Below are positions 33,966-42,886 of a stretch of 62,522 nt of DNA, one piece after another. Position 1 is the stretch's first letter; each line of letters starts with the position of its first letter. The notes under the pieces were generated by a model. The model was not told the origin of the DNA, searched no databases, and saw only the letters and a list, made by a program, of their open reading frames with translations. A program made the position numbers and the translations under genes. Source of the stretch: Polyangiaceae bacterium (GTDB lineage Bacteria > Myxococcota_A > Polyangia > Polyangiales > Polyangiaceae); the NCBI GenBank assembly GCA_033763455.1, contig JANRKO010000087.1, forward strand, positions 1 through 62,522, in the 5' to 3' direction.

Positions 33966-34522
33966 GAAAAGTCGGCCTAGCGCTGGTGCATTACCCTGTG
34001 TTGGATCGCGGGCACGCCATTGTAACCACCGCGATCACCAATATCGATTTGCACGATCTGGCGCGTAGCTCGTACACGTACGGGCTGGATGAGCTGTACA
34101 TTGTGCACCCCATCAACGCTCAGCGCACCTTGGCCGAGAAGGTCAAGAATCATTGGGTCGAAGGCGCCGGGGGGCGCCGCATTCCTGACCGAACGCCGGC
34201 GATGAGCACTCTGCGCATTGTGCACGCAATCGCCGACGCCGAACGCGAATTAGGGCAGGGGGAGCCAGTAGAGCGTTGGGTAACGAGCGCCTCAGCCAAA
34301 GGGGATGTGCTCAGTATTCCTAGGGCGAAGGAGCTCCTAGCAGAACCTGGGCCTCCGGTACTCATACTTTTTGGAACCGGTTGGGGCCTAGCGGACGAGG
34401 TGTGCGAAAAAGCCGCTCACCAGCTCGCTCCCATATTGTCGCCACGGGCTAACGGCTACAATCACTTGAGTGTCCGCGCGGCAGTAGCCATCACCCTCGA
34501 TCGCTTGCTGGGCGTTGAATAA
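33962..34522 (+). CDS. SPOUT-family RNA methyltransferase (TrmD-associated, Methyltrn_RNA_4 type)
   Basis: LVHYPV...TTAITNIDLHDLAR...FGTGWGL...YNHLSVR...LDRL; GTGA overlap with trmD. Confidence 0.9.
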   Translation: MRKVGLALVHYPVLDRGHAIVTTAITNIDLHDLARSSYTYGLDELYIVHPINAQRTLAEKVKNHWVEGAGGRRIPDRTPAMSTLRIVHAIADAERELGQGEPVERWVTSASAKGDVLSIPRAKELLAEPGPPVLILFGTGWGLADEVCEKAAHQLAPILSPRANGYNHLSVRAAVAITLDRLLGVE

Positions 34523-35249
34523 ACGCGCAGAAGGCGGGGCTCCGTTGCCCATTGCCACTCCATTCCACAAGTGGGGGCTCCACCTTCAAGCCTCCCGGCC
34601 GCGAACGTCGCAACTCCAAAAGAGCCAGGCGGGCCTCGCTTTCGGGCTTGGCATGCACCAATCTTAGTCGTTTCGCGAACAAGCCAAAACGATCCGCCGT
34701 ACTCAGCAGGCTTTGCAATGAGTGCGCCGGATAAGCGAAACATGCCCTAGAGTTCTTTCGTGCAAGTGCACAAGCACTGGCTGCAACAAATGGCTCAAGC
34801 GCGCCAAAACGCGCGAGCGTATCGCTGGGGTTGTCGCTTTTCCTGCCTGAGCCCTGCTGAAAGTACGGAGGATTGGCTACAACAAGTTGTGCCGAGCCCG
34901 CCAGTTCGTCGGGGAAATTGTCCTCTTTCAACGTGAGGTTCAGCACACTGCCTCGGTAGCCCAAGGCTTGCAGATTCAGGCGCGCCAGTGCCGCCAATTC
35001 TGGCTGGCTTTCCACGAGAAGCAATTCATCGGCTTTTCCCCATGCGGCGAGAGTGAGGCCAATGGTCCCTACGCCCGCCCCCAAATCGACCACCATCCCT
35101 CCGCGTGTCCGCTCCGCTGCAAAGGCCGCGAGCAGCAATGGATCCGTGTTGATCCGATAACCATCGCGGGGTTGATAAAGTGCTGGAACGCCGTCGCTGG
35201 GTGCGTCCAGCGTAGTCGTATTGCTTTGGGGGAAAGGGGGGTGAGGCAT
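34491..35249 (-). CDS. tRNA1(Val) A37 N6-methyltransferase-like protein (TrmN6/YfiC family)
   Basis: YQPRDGYRINTDPLLL, VDLGAGVG and ANPPYF; ATG at 35249. Confidence 0.88.
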   Translation of the reverse strand: MPHPPFPQSNTTTLDAPSDGVPALYQPRDGYRINTDPLLLAAFAAERTRGGMVVDLGAGVGTIGLTLAAWGKADELLLVESQPELAALARLNLQALGYRGSVLNLTLKEDNFPDELAGSAQLVVANPPYFQQGSGRKSDNPSDTLARFGALEPFVAASACALARKNSRACFAYPAHSLQSLLSTADRFGLFAKRLRLVHAKPESEARLALLELRRSRPGGLKVEPPLVEWSGNGQRSPAFCAFIQRPASDRG

Positions 35250-35324
35250 GGCCGGAGAGGTTCGGTGCTTTCCGTTTGAGGTTTGGGGCAAAGCCGCTAT
35301 ACCCGGGCTCCCCATTTACCCACC

Positions 35325-36071
35325 ATGAAGCTCTACGTCGGTCAAACCCAGTTTCCGCGTCGTCTCGAGCAGTACGCAAAGCGCTTTAACTTTGCCGAAG
35401 TTCGAGCGGAGCCCCATCGCCTGCCGAAGTTGAGTGAGCTCAATCGGGTGCGCAAGGTTTTGGGGCCGGAGTTTCGTTTCGCCGTAGCCTTGCCGAAGAG
35501 TTTCTCGAACCTTGAGTGGAACGCAGAGGCCGAGAAGGCCCTTTCGTTCGCAGAAAAGGTCTGCGCCACGCTGGGCGCGGAGTGGCTCATCCTGCAGACC
35601 CAATCAACCGTCTTTCCTTCCGATCGCACTCGGCGGCGTTTGGCAGAATGGGCAACCCGTTTGGCTAAGCCTGAACGCAAGTTGGGGTGGGAACCGCTGG
35701 GCGTGTGGGAGCCAGAGGAAGGGGACCGCTGGGGGGCTGACCTTGGGTTTCACTTCGTGACAGACATGAGCCGGCAGCCAAGCCCCGAAGCAGCCGTGCG
35801 TTACGCGCGCATTCGCAGCTTGGGTGAGGCCACCAGGCTGCGCCCGTATGCACTTGAAGTGTTGGCGGAGAATCTCGAAGCTTGTGAAGACGCCACGGTG
35901 GCATTCGAAGGGGAAGATGCTGCTCGCTCCGCACTCTCGCTCAGGGAGATCCTCGGGGAACACGCGGGTGGCGAGGGCGCTGACGACTTCGACGACGAGT
36001 TCGACGAAGGCGATGAATTCGAAGGCGGCGCCACGGACGACGAAGGCGAATCCGAGACCGAAGGCAATTAA
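35325..36071 (+). CDS. Divergent DUF72-family TIM-barrel protein with an acidic tail
   Basis: YAKRFNFAEV, FRFAV, LILQT, WEP.G.W and YARI follow the DUF72 pattern; D/E-rich C-terminus. Confidence 0.7.
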   Translation: MKLYVGQTQFPRRLEQYAKRFNFAEVRAEPHRLPKLSELNRVRKVLGPEFRFAVALPKSFSNLEWNAEAEKALSFAEKVCATLGAEWLILQTQSTVFPSDRTRRRLAEWATRLAKPERKLGWEPLGVWEPEEGDRWGADLGFHFVTDMSRQPSPEAAVRYARIRSLGEATRLRPYALEVLAENLEACEDATVAFEGEDAARSALSLREILGEHAGGEGADDFDDEFDEGDEFEGGATDDEGESETEGN

Positions 36072-36073
36072 AC

Positions 36074-37048
36074 ATGCGGCGAGCTGGTGCCATCTCGAAC
36101 GACGTGGTGATCCAAGAAATCGCCGAAGATCTGCTTAGAAAAGGGCGGAGTGCAACGGCCTCTGCGCTGGGCGCGTTCTTCATGGTCGCCGCCGAACAGG
36201 CCACAACGCTTTTTAGCCCGTTGATTTTGCTCGTGGCCGGAACCGGCCGCGGCGTCAAAGTCTTCGATGGTCGGGTTCGTCAGCCTGGGCTCGGGCGCAA
36301 GCGGCCACGAGGATTTCTGCCAGCTGAGGCCATTCCCGAAGCTTCACGTGTGGGAGTTCCGATGTCGATCGCTGCCGCAGGGGTTGCGATGGCGTTCGAT
36401 GGTAGCGTTGGCTTAAGTCAGGTAGTGCGGCCCGCTGCCACTCGGGCTCGCGAACTCGGGTTTCCCGCGCGCGCTCAGGTGATGGAAGGCATCGCCACGC
36501 TCGGGCCGCGTGCAGTGTCAGACACGCTGATTTCCCAGTCTTTCTTGCGCAGCGCAGGGCCGAGTGTCGGGGGGCTCATCACGCCGAGCGATCTTCGGCA
36601 GATACCCCCAACGGCCTTCAGCGCTCAAACCTTTGAGGCTTCCGAAGGCATGTGGTCTCACCCTCTTGCAGAAGCGGCGGGTTTTCCTCTTGATGCGAAA
36701 GGGCGCGAGCATGCCGCTGCCCGTTTGGGTGCCCCCAAGATCTTATTGACGGCAGATCCCGAAGGAGTGTTAGCCTGCGTGTGCTTCTTTCAGGGCACGG
36801 CTGGCATTCCCCTTGAGGGATTGGATTTATCGGTGCCCGCGCTCGCTTTGCCTGTTGAACGCGGGGTGGCGCGTGTGCCTGCTGGTGCAGCGCTCTATTC
36901 GCCGGCTCCACTGGCTGTGCTCACGAACCCGCAGGGGGCGTACACAAGCTGCGTCGGCCTGGTCGACGTTGACACACCGACCCCTGTAACGGTTGGCGCG
37001 GCCCGCTTACGGTTACGCCGTGAGCCAGCCACCTTGGCGGTCTATTAG
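36074..37048 (+). CDS. Miniature gamma-glutamyltransferase-like protein lacking the catalytic Thr
   Basis: Collinear GGT-like blocks: LLRKGRSA, VFDGRVRQP, RVGVP, VVRPA..RA, IATLG, GGLITPSDL, LTADPEG and SPAPLAVL. Confidence 0.6.
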   Translation: MRRAGAISNDVVIQEIAEDLLRKGRSATASALGAFFMVAAEQATTLFSPLILLVAGTGRGVKVFDGRVRQPGLGRKRPRGFLPAEAIPEASRVGVPMSIAAAGVAMAFDGSVGLSQVVRPAATRARELGFPARAQVMEGIATLGPRAVSDTLISQSFLRSAGPSVGGLITPSDLRQIPPTAFSAQTFEASEGMWSHPLAEAAGFPLDAKGREHAAARLGAPKILLTADPEGVLACVCFFQGTAGIPLEGLDLSVPALALPVERGVARVPAGAALYSPAPLAVLTNPQGAYTSCVGLVDVDTPTPVTVGAARLRLRREPATLAVY

Positions 37049-37102
37049 GGTGCCGAGGTGTGCCAGCCAGGGGGTTCCGTGGCTGGAATGAACAGGTAAG
37101 GC

Positions 37103-37330
37103 CTAGTTGAGCTTAACGCCGTGCTGCTTCGCAAACGCGAGCAGACCGATCTTGCTGACCGTTCGCAGATCGCTCGTAGTGAGCTTCAGCGAGACAAAGC
37201 GGCTGAGCTCCGGAACCCAGAGGCGCCGGCGCTGGACGTTGACGTTCTGCCAACGCAAGGTCTTGATGTTTGAGTGCGACACGTTGCGGGCGCGCATGCG
37301 TCGCTTGCCTGTTATTTCGCTGCGGGCCAT
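37103..37330 (-). CDS. rpmB: 50S ribosomal protein L28 (Cys-free)
   Basis: MARSEITGKR...NVSHSNIKT.RW..NVQ...LRTV; ATG at 37330. Confidence 0.95.
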   Translation of the reverse strand: MARSEITGKRRMRARNVSHSNIKTLRWQNVNVQRRRLWVPELSRFVSLKLTTSDLRTVSKIGLLAFAKQHGVKLN

Positions 37331-37340
37331 GGGGGCCGGG

Positions 37341-37369
37341 CTAATAACCCGGGGGGCCAGGGGTTTCAA
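37341..37369 (-). promoter_or_regulatory. Sigma-70-type promoter directly upstream of rpmB
   Basis: TTGAAA-N17-TATTAG ending 10 nt before the ATG; no SD present. Confidence 0.5.
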
Positions 37370-37431
37370 CCTCTCTCGGTCCGCATTTCCACTTTTTTTC
37401 TGGGGATTGGGGCGACGCGCCCGAATGCGCT

Positions 37432-38253
37432 TCAGGGTTTTCGCAGTTGGCCGAGCGCCTGCACGAGCCGATCGCAGAAATTTGCGGTCTTTTCGAAGCT
37501 TCCGGGGAGCTTGGTGAGTGTGGACTCGTCCATGTAGAGGCGGCGTGCCAGCTCCACCTGGATGGCGTGAAATCCAAGTGCAGGCTTCCCGTAGTGCACG
37601 GTGGTGAAGCCCCCGCGGTACGGATCATCATGGGTGAGGCTCAAGCCGGCACGTTTGGCTTCTTCTTCAACGGCCGCGATAACGCTCCGGGCAGCGGTTG
37701 ACCGGCCCTGGGTGCCCGGCACGACGTCCGCCCGAGCCGCGCCCGGATCTGCGTGCCCGGAGCGCCCGAAGCTGGGCATCGAATGGGCAGCCAGAAGTAC
37801 GGCGTAGCCGAACTGTTCGTACTTTTGCTTGAGCAAGCCTTGCAGGGCCTGGTGATAAGGACGGTAAATCGTTTCCAGGCGCCGTTCGAATTCGCCTCGG
37901 CTGAGCCTTCGGGTCAGGACTGGTTGAGATTCAGTGGTTTCACGCCAAATCAATCCGTGCGGAAAGAGGCGAGCTGGGGCGCCTTCGACCGTGCTGCCGT
38001 CCACGTCTTGCTCCGAACGATTCAGATCGCAAACGTAGCGACTCACCCGAGCAATCAACACCGAAGCGCCGAAAGCGGGCGCTTGCCGATAAAGCTGATC
38101 CACGTAAAGATCCGCATCCACGCCGATGGAGCGGGCCGGAGCGTTCAAGGTTGCGAGCGCCCTTGGCCCCACTCGAACACTGGAATGTGGGATCTCGACC
38201 ACCAGTGGCGTGGGTGCGCCGAGCGGTTCCAAAACGTCAAAGTAGGTCGACAA
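37432..38253 (-). CDS. N-formylglutamate amidohydrolase
   Basis: VVEIPHS, DADLYVD, SRYVCDLNR, YRPYH, AHSMP, PYRGG and HAIQVE; TTG at 38253 (alternative 38289). Confidence 0.92.
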   Translation of the reverse strand: MSTYFDVLEPLGAPTPLVVEIPHSSVRVGPRALATLNAPARSIGVDADLYVDQLYRQAPAFGASVLIARVSRYVCDLNRSEQDVDGSTVEGAPARLFPHGLIWRETTESQPVLTRRLSRGEFERRLETIYRPYHQALQGLLKQKYEQFGYAVLLAAHSMPSFGRSGHADPGAARADVVPGTQGRSTAARSVIAAVEEEAKRAGLSLTHDDPYRGGFTTVHYGKPALGFHAIQVELARRLYMDESTLTKLPGSFEKTANFCDRLVQALGQLRKP

Positions 38254-38285
38254 AGCCCAACGACAGTAGCATAAATCTTGGGTTT

Positions 38286-39221
38286 TCACGCCCTCGGGTG
38301 GGCCCCCTTGTAGGCGCGCACCACCTGTTGCCGGCTCACATGCGTGTAAATCTCGGTGGTGGAAATATCGCTATGGCCGAGAAGCGTCTGCACGCTTCGG
38401 AGATCCGCCCCTCCGGCCAAGAGGTGAGTCGCAAACGAATGGCGCAAGCGGTGAGGATGAACACTGCCGAAAATTCCGGCTATTTTCGCGTACCGCCGCA
38501 CGATCTTCCAGAAGGCCTGGCGGGTGAGCGCAGCTCCGCTTGGTCCCGCAAACACCACGTTGCTACGGGCATTCAGCGGCTGGGTCTTAACAGCCTGCCG
38601 CCTGCGCTTGGAGTTGGTGGAGCCGGCATCCTGCCGTGCATTGAGGTACTGTTTCAGGTGAGTGAGCGCAATATCACCCAGAGGCACCAGCCTTTGTTTG
38701 CCACCTTTGCCCAGTGCGGAGACAAAGCCGCGTTCGAGATCCAATTCGCCGAGCTTTAGGTTGACCAATTCGCTGACGCGCAGCCCCGCCGCGTAGGCAA
38801 CACTGAGGAGTGCTCGATCGCGTAGCCCGCGAACATCGTCAGCCGAGGGCGTTTCAATCAGCCGTACAAGATCGTGTTCGGACAGCGCTTTGGGTAAACG
38901 CCGCCCAAGCTTCGGACGCGCAGAAAGCGCCGTCGGATCATTCGCCAAAAAGCCTTCGCGCATCAAAAAACGTATAAAGCCCCTAGCAGCCGAGAGATGC
39001 CGCGCTGTGCTCCTCGCTCCCAGCCCCGCCTTGGAAAGGCCGCTCAACCAGTGGCTCACCACGCCAAGATCAAGCTCCTCCGGGGCAGTGGCCCCGCGTT
39101 CGGCAGCTTGGGCCACCAGCGTGGCCAGGTCTCGGCCGTAGCTTTCGACCGTGTTTTTCGCAAGCGCACGCTCGACCTTCAGGTGGTTCAAGTACACGTC
39201 GAGTAAAGCGTCCAGGCGCAC
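38286..39221 (-). CDS. xerD: Tyrosine recombinase XerD
   Basis: ERALAKNTVESY, RDRALL, GLRVSEL, GKGGKQR, HPHRLRHSFATHLL and LGHSDISTTEIYTHV. Confidence 0.9.
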   Translation of the reverse strand: MRLDALLDVYLNHLKVERALAKNTVESYGRDLATLVAQAAERGATAPEELDLGVVSHWLSGLSKAGLGARSTARHLSAARGFIRFLMREGFLANDPTALSARPKLGRRLPKALSEHDLVRLIETPSADDVRGLRDRALLSVAYAAGLRVSELVNLKLGELDLERGFVSALGKGGKQRLVPLGDIALTHLKQYLNARQDAGSTNSKRRRQAVKTQPLNARSNVVFAGPSGAALTRQAFWKIVRRYAKIAGIFGSVHPHRLRHSFATHLLAGGADLRSVQTLLGHSDISTTEIYTHVSRQQVVRAYKGAHPRA

Positions 39222-39260
39222 GGGGGCCAGGATAGCTAAGGTAGAAGAGGCAGGCGAATT

Positions 39261-39349
39261 TGCCCCCACTCGCCTCTCTCGCGCCAGGCGCTCGTTCGAG
39301 CGGTCTCCCCCATGCCGCCGCTCACGCTCCGTCGGGGGAGACAGGGGGC
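39261..39349. repeat. Palindromic intergenic repeat, family A copy 2
   Basis: TGCCCCCACTCGCC...GTCTCCCCC(22 nt)GGGGGAGAC-AGGGGGC; the two ends can also pair (GCCCCC/GGGGGC). Confidence 0.8.
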
Positions 39350-39353
39350 TAGC

Positions 39354-40160
39354 TCAGGGGCGCTCTCCGCGCTTCAGCGCCTCTAGCTCCAGAAGCACTT
39401 TGGCCAATTTCGCCTCGGCCTCTTCGCGGAGCTTGGCTTCCTCCTCGCGGAGCTTGGCTTCCTCCTCCAGCCTAAGCTCCAGCTGATTGACCATCCCCTC
39501 AAGCTTTCCGATGAGTTCCTCGGCTTCGGGAACCGGAGCATCTCCATGGAAGAAGCGAAGCTTTTCGCCCTCAAGAGCAAGCTCAAGCCCAAGCACCCCT
39601 GACTTGTAATGACCGAACTGCGGCAAAATGGGGTCGTAGCGGCGTGCACTTGCCTCCGGCAAGCGATAGCCACTGAGCCGCAATCGCCCGCGATCAAAGA
39701 TGAAATACTCGGCGATGCCGAGGCGCGCGTATCGCTCTACATTGGCGATGTGGTCCTTGCGGCGGTCCCCCGCAACATAGATTTCGAGAGCAAAATCCAG
39801 CCCTCGCTCCTCTTTGCTCACGACCCAGCTCATGCGCTCATGCAGCTCGACGTCCACCACTCCCATAACATCTGGCGCAAACATCGGTTCTTCGGGGTAA
39901 TAGACCGGCAGCTCACATGCTAAGTAAACGCGGCGACCATGCCGCGCAAAGAAGCGCTCCAGCGTCTTACGCGCGTTCATCTTCGCATTAAAATGAGGAT
40001 CCCCTTCAGGCGGCCTGGTTTGATCCACCGGGAATTCTGAGGGCAGCGTGGCCACAACGCGATCGCGCTCCGCAGGTGTCATGCGGCGCCAAACCGCTTC
40101 GGAGGGTGCTCGCGGATCGCTCTCGTTGAGCGTCCAGAGGGGCAACGGTCGTTCGGTCAC
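39354..40160 (-). CDS. Uma2/DUF820-family PD-(D/E)XK endonuclease with a coiled-coil tail
   Basis: PPEGDPH, FAPDV, ALEI, RYARLGIAEYFIFD and LGLEL; EEEAKLR repeats at the C-terminus. Confidence 0.9.
   Translation of the reverse strand: MTERPLPLWTLNESDPRAPSEAVWRRMTPAERDRVVATLPSEFPVDQTRPPEGDPHFNAKMNARKTLERFFARHGRRVYLACELPVYYPEEPMFAPDVMGVVDVELHERMSWVVSKEERGLDFALEIYVAGDRRKDHIANVERYARLGIAEYFIFDRGRLRLSGYRLPEASARRYDPILPQFGHYKSGVLGLELALEGEKLRFFHGDAPVPEAEELIGKLEGMVNQLELRLEEEAKLREEEAKLREEAEAKLAKVLLELEALKRGERP
39426..39467 (-). repeat. 2 x 21-bp perfect tandem repeat in the Uma2 tail
   Basis: gcggagcttggcttcctcctc occurs twice, encoding EEEAKLR heptads. Confidence 0.9.
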
Positions 40161-40261
40161 CAACGCATTGTAGCGAAGTGGGTGGCGGCCGCATCTCGAA
40201 TCTCGTCCCACCTGGCGCGGCATCTGACCACACGCCTTCGGAGACAGGCCTGGCTCGGCTT

Positions 40262-41065
40262 TCAGTCTTGTTGGGGCGACCGATGCCCTCCAGCTGCCGA
40301 GACCAAGCGACGTAGCAACGGCGTGGGGTAGGCTTCACGCATCAGCACTTCGCCAATCAGTACCGCGTCAGCGGGACCTTCTGCGAGCGAGGCGACAGCC
40401 TCTTCGCTGGTGACCCCCGAAAGGTGAATGCGCACCCGATCGGGCGGCAGGGCTGCCAAAATGCGCTGCGCGCGCGTAGCATCCATTTGCAATGTGTCCA
40501 AATCGCGGGCGTTGACACCAACCAGCTCTGCTCCGGAGCGCACCGCGAGCTCCGCTTCTTGCTCGGTGCTGATTTCCACAAGGGGTGCGAGCCCCAGCGC
40601 CGTTGCAGCTTTCACGAGGGCAAGGAGCCGAGCTTCGCTGAGGCAACGTACAATCAAGAGCACTGCGTCCGCGCCGAAAGCGCGGGCGGCCTCCAATTGG
40701 ATTTCGTCGATCACGAACTCTTTGCAGAGCAGGGGTAGGGAACAAGCAGCCCGGGCGAGCGCGAGGTGCTCAAAGCTTCCGTCAAAGTAGCTTCGATCGC
40801 ACAGCACGCTCAGCATGGCCGCGCCCCCCTGTTCATAGGCAAGAGCCCGCTCGCCAACGCTCAGCGTTGTAGAAAGTGGACCAGCCGAAGGCGAGCGAAA
40901 CTTGATTTCAGTGAGAAACTTGAGTGGCTCCCCGGTGCCACGTCTTAGCCCGACGGGGCGAAGTGGCGGAGGCGTGGGCAATGCGAGCTTGCGGAGCGCT
41001 TCGAGTTCGCGCCGTTTCGTCTCCAAAATCTTATCGAGCACGCCCATGTGTGAACCCGGGCTCAA
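40262..41065 (-). CDS. trpC: Indole-3-glycerol phosphate synthase
   Basis: VLDKIL, EIKFRSPSAG, LSVL, GADAVLLI and GVNARDL; the start may be the ATG at 41047. Confidence 0.93.
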   Translation of the reverse strand: MSPGSHMGVLDKILETKRRELEALRKLALPTPPPLRPVGLRRGTGEPLKFLTEIKFRSPSAGPLSTTLSVGERALAYEQGGAAMLSVLCDRSYFDGSFEHLALARAACSLPLLCKEFVIDEIQLEAARAFGADAVLLIVRCLSEARLLALVKAATALGLAPLVEISTEQEAELAVRSGAELVGVNARDLDTLQMDATRAQRILAALPPDRVRIHLSGVTSEEAVASLAEGPADAVLIGEVLMREAYPTPLLRRLVSAAGGHRSPQQD

Positions 41066-42111
41066 GCCTGTTTGGCGCGAATGTTGTTAGCCTGAATACG
41101 CCATTGCTCTAGCTTCTCACGCGCCCTCCCTGAACGAATTGCTTCAATGCAAAGGGCGGTAGCCGCCCGCGGCTCTAGCGATAAGGCGACCACCAGGGCT
41201 GCCGCTGCATTGAGCAAAAAAGCGGGCAAAGAAGGGTGTTCGGCACCCGAAAGCACGGCTTGGATCACTGCGGCGTTTTCCGCCGCATCGCCACCGCCGA
41301 TCGCAGAAAGTGGGATCCGGGGGAGCCCAAAATCTTCGGGAGTGACCTCGAATTCTCGTAGCTCGCCCTTGGAAAGCTCCGTTACCCGTGTTGCCCCCGT
41401 GGGGCTTACTTCGTCCAAACCATCGGCCCCTCGAACCACCCACGCACGTTCTGTGCCGAGCCGCGCCAAGGCTTGGGCCATGAGTGGGCGAATTCGATCA
41501 TCGTACGCGCCAATGAGCTGATGGGTGGCGCCAGCCGGGTTAGCGAGCGGGCCCAAACAATTAAAGATGGTGCGTACTCCGAGCTCTTTGCGTACGGGCC
41601 CGGCAAACCGCATCGCGGGGTGGTGTACGGGCGCCAACAGGAACGCGATCTGACAGCCCGCTAGTAGCTGTGACGAGCCCTGGGGTTCCAGATCGATCGG
41701 CACGCCGAGGGCCCCCAGCACATCGGCGGCTCCACACCGGCTTGAAGCGGCACGATTGCCGTGCTTGGCAACCACCACCCCGCACGCACTCGCGATAATG
41801 GCGGCACCGGTGGAGATGTTCACGGTATTGAGGCCATCTCCGCCCGTTCCGCAGGTATCCAACACAGCAGAGAAGCTGTGGGGAACACGCCGCATGGCGT
41901 CGCGCATGGCATGGGCAGCGCTCTGAATCGTTGTGGCGGATTCACCCGTGAGCCTCAGCGCGATCAAGAAGCCTGCGATTTTCTCGGCCGACCAAGCCCC
42001 TGCCAAAATCGCGTCAAAAGCCTGCTTCACGGCCACCTCACTGATGCCCGCCGGCCGCTCGATTTCCGCGAGGATCTCGGAGAACGCTGGGTAAGCCTTG
42101 GCCTCACTCAT
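41062..42111 (-). CDS. trpD: Anthranilate phosphoribosyltransferase
   Basis: [31 protein letters not shown] and DGLDE. Confidence 0.96.
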   Translation of the reverse strand: MSEAKAYPAFSEILAEIERPAGISEVAVKQAFDAILAGAWSAEKIAGFLIALRLTGESATTIQSAAHAMRDAMRRVPHSFSAVLDTCGTGGDGLNTVNISTGAAIIASACGVVVAKHGNRAASSRCGAADVLGALGVPIDLEPQGSSQLLAGCQIAFLLAPVHHPAMRFAGPVRKELGVRTIFNCLGPLANPAGATHQLIGAYDDRIRPLMAQALARLGTERAWVVRGADGLDEVSPTGATRVTELSKGELREFEVTPEDFGLPRIPLSAIGGGDAAENAAVIQAVLSGAEHPSLPAFLLNAAAALVVALSLEPRAATALCIEAIRSGRAREKLEQWRIQANNIRAKQA

Positions 42112-42683
42112 AATGCCTCCAACCAATTGCCGAGGAGGTTTTTCCCTTCTTCGGTGAGGATGCTTTCAGGGTGAAATTGCACTCCCTCAACCCGTAGCTC
42201 ACGATGCCGAAGCCCCATGATTTCGCCTTCGTCGGTTTCAGCAGAAACTTCGAGGCAGCTCGGGAGTGTCGCGCGTTCCACGATCAGCGAGTGATAACGT
42301 GTTGCGATGAACGGATTGGGTAAGCCCCGGAACACCCCTTTGCCGTCGTGGCGTATCGGAGATGTTTTTCCGTGCATTAGCCTGGGCGCGCGGATCACTT
42401 TGCCACCGTAAGCTTGGCCAATCGATTGATGGCCCAAACATACTCCGAGGATCGGCACCTTGCCGGCGAGCTGAGCGATCACATCCAGCGTGATGCCTGC
42501 ATCATTGGGATCACCCGGCCCGGGTGAGAGTACGATTCCAGCCGGAGCGCGAACTTCCAGCGATTCAACGCTGATCTGGTCGTTTAAGAAGACCTCGCAG
42601 CGAGCACCCAATGAATCGAGGTACTGCACCAAATTGTAGGTGAACGAATCGTAGTTATCGACAACAGCGACTTTGGCAGCCAC
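42108..42683 (-). CDS. trpG: Anthranilate/aminodeoxychorismate synthase component II (glutamine amidotransferase)
   Basis: [30 protein letters not shown] and QFHPES; GTG at 42683. Confidence 0.93.
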   Translation of the reverse strand: MAAKVAVVDNYDSFTYNLVQYLDSLGARCEVFLNDQISVESLEVRAPAGIVLSPGPGDPNDAGITLDVIAQLAGKVPILGVCLGHQSIGQAYGGKVIRAPRLMHGKTSPIRHDGKGVFRGLPNPFIATRYHSLIVERATLPSCLEVSAETDEGEIMGLRHRELRVEGVQFHPESILTEEGKNLLGNWLEAL

Positions 42684-42886
42684 GCGGGGCAGCCTCGCAT
42701 TGCCTTCGGAAGCGGTCAACGCAGCCTTTCTTTCTGACGCATCGCACAGTGCCTCGCTGAACGGTGAAGAAGCACGGCCGGGCAGCGCGCGGGACGTTTG
42801 AAGCTTGCCCACGGCCTTTAGGGCCGCTAGTGTCCCGGCGCCCCGGCTCCTGTACTTTGAGCCCAAAAACCGAGAATCAGGAACAA

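Noticed and set aside
38286..39221. Prophage or island integrase
   Set aside because: Sequence and size match chromosomal XerD, with no phage genes or att repeats nearby.
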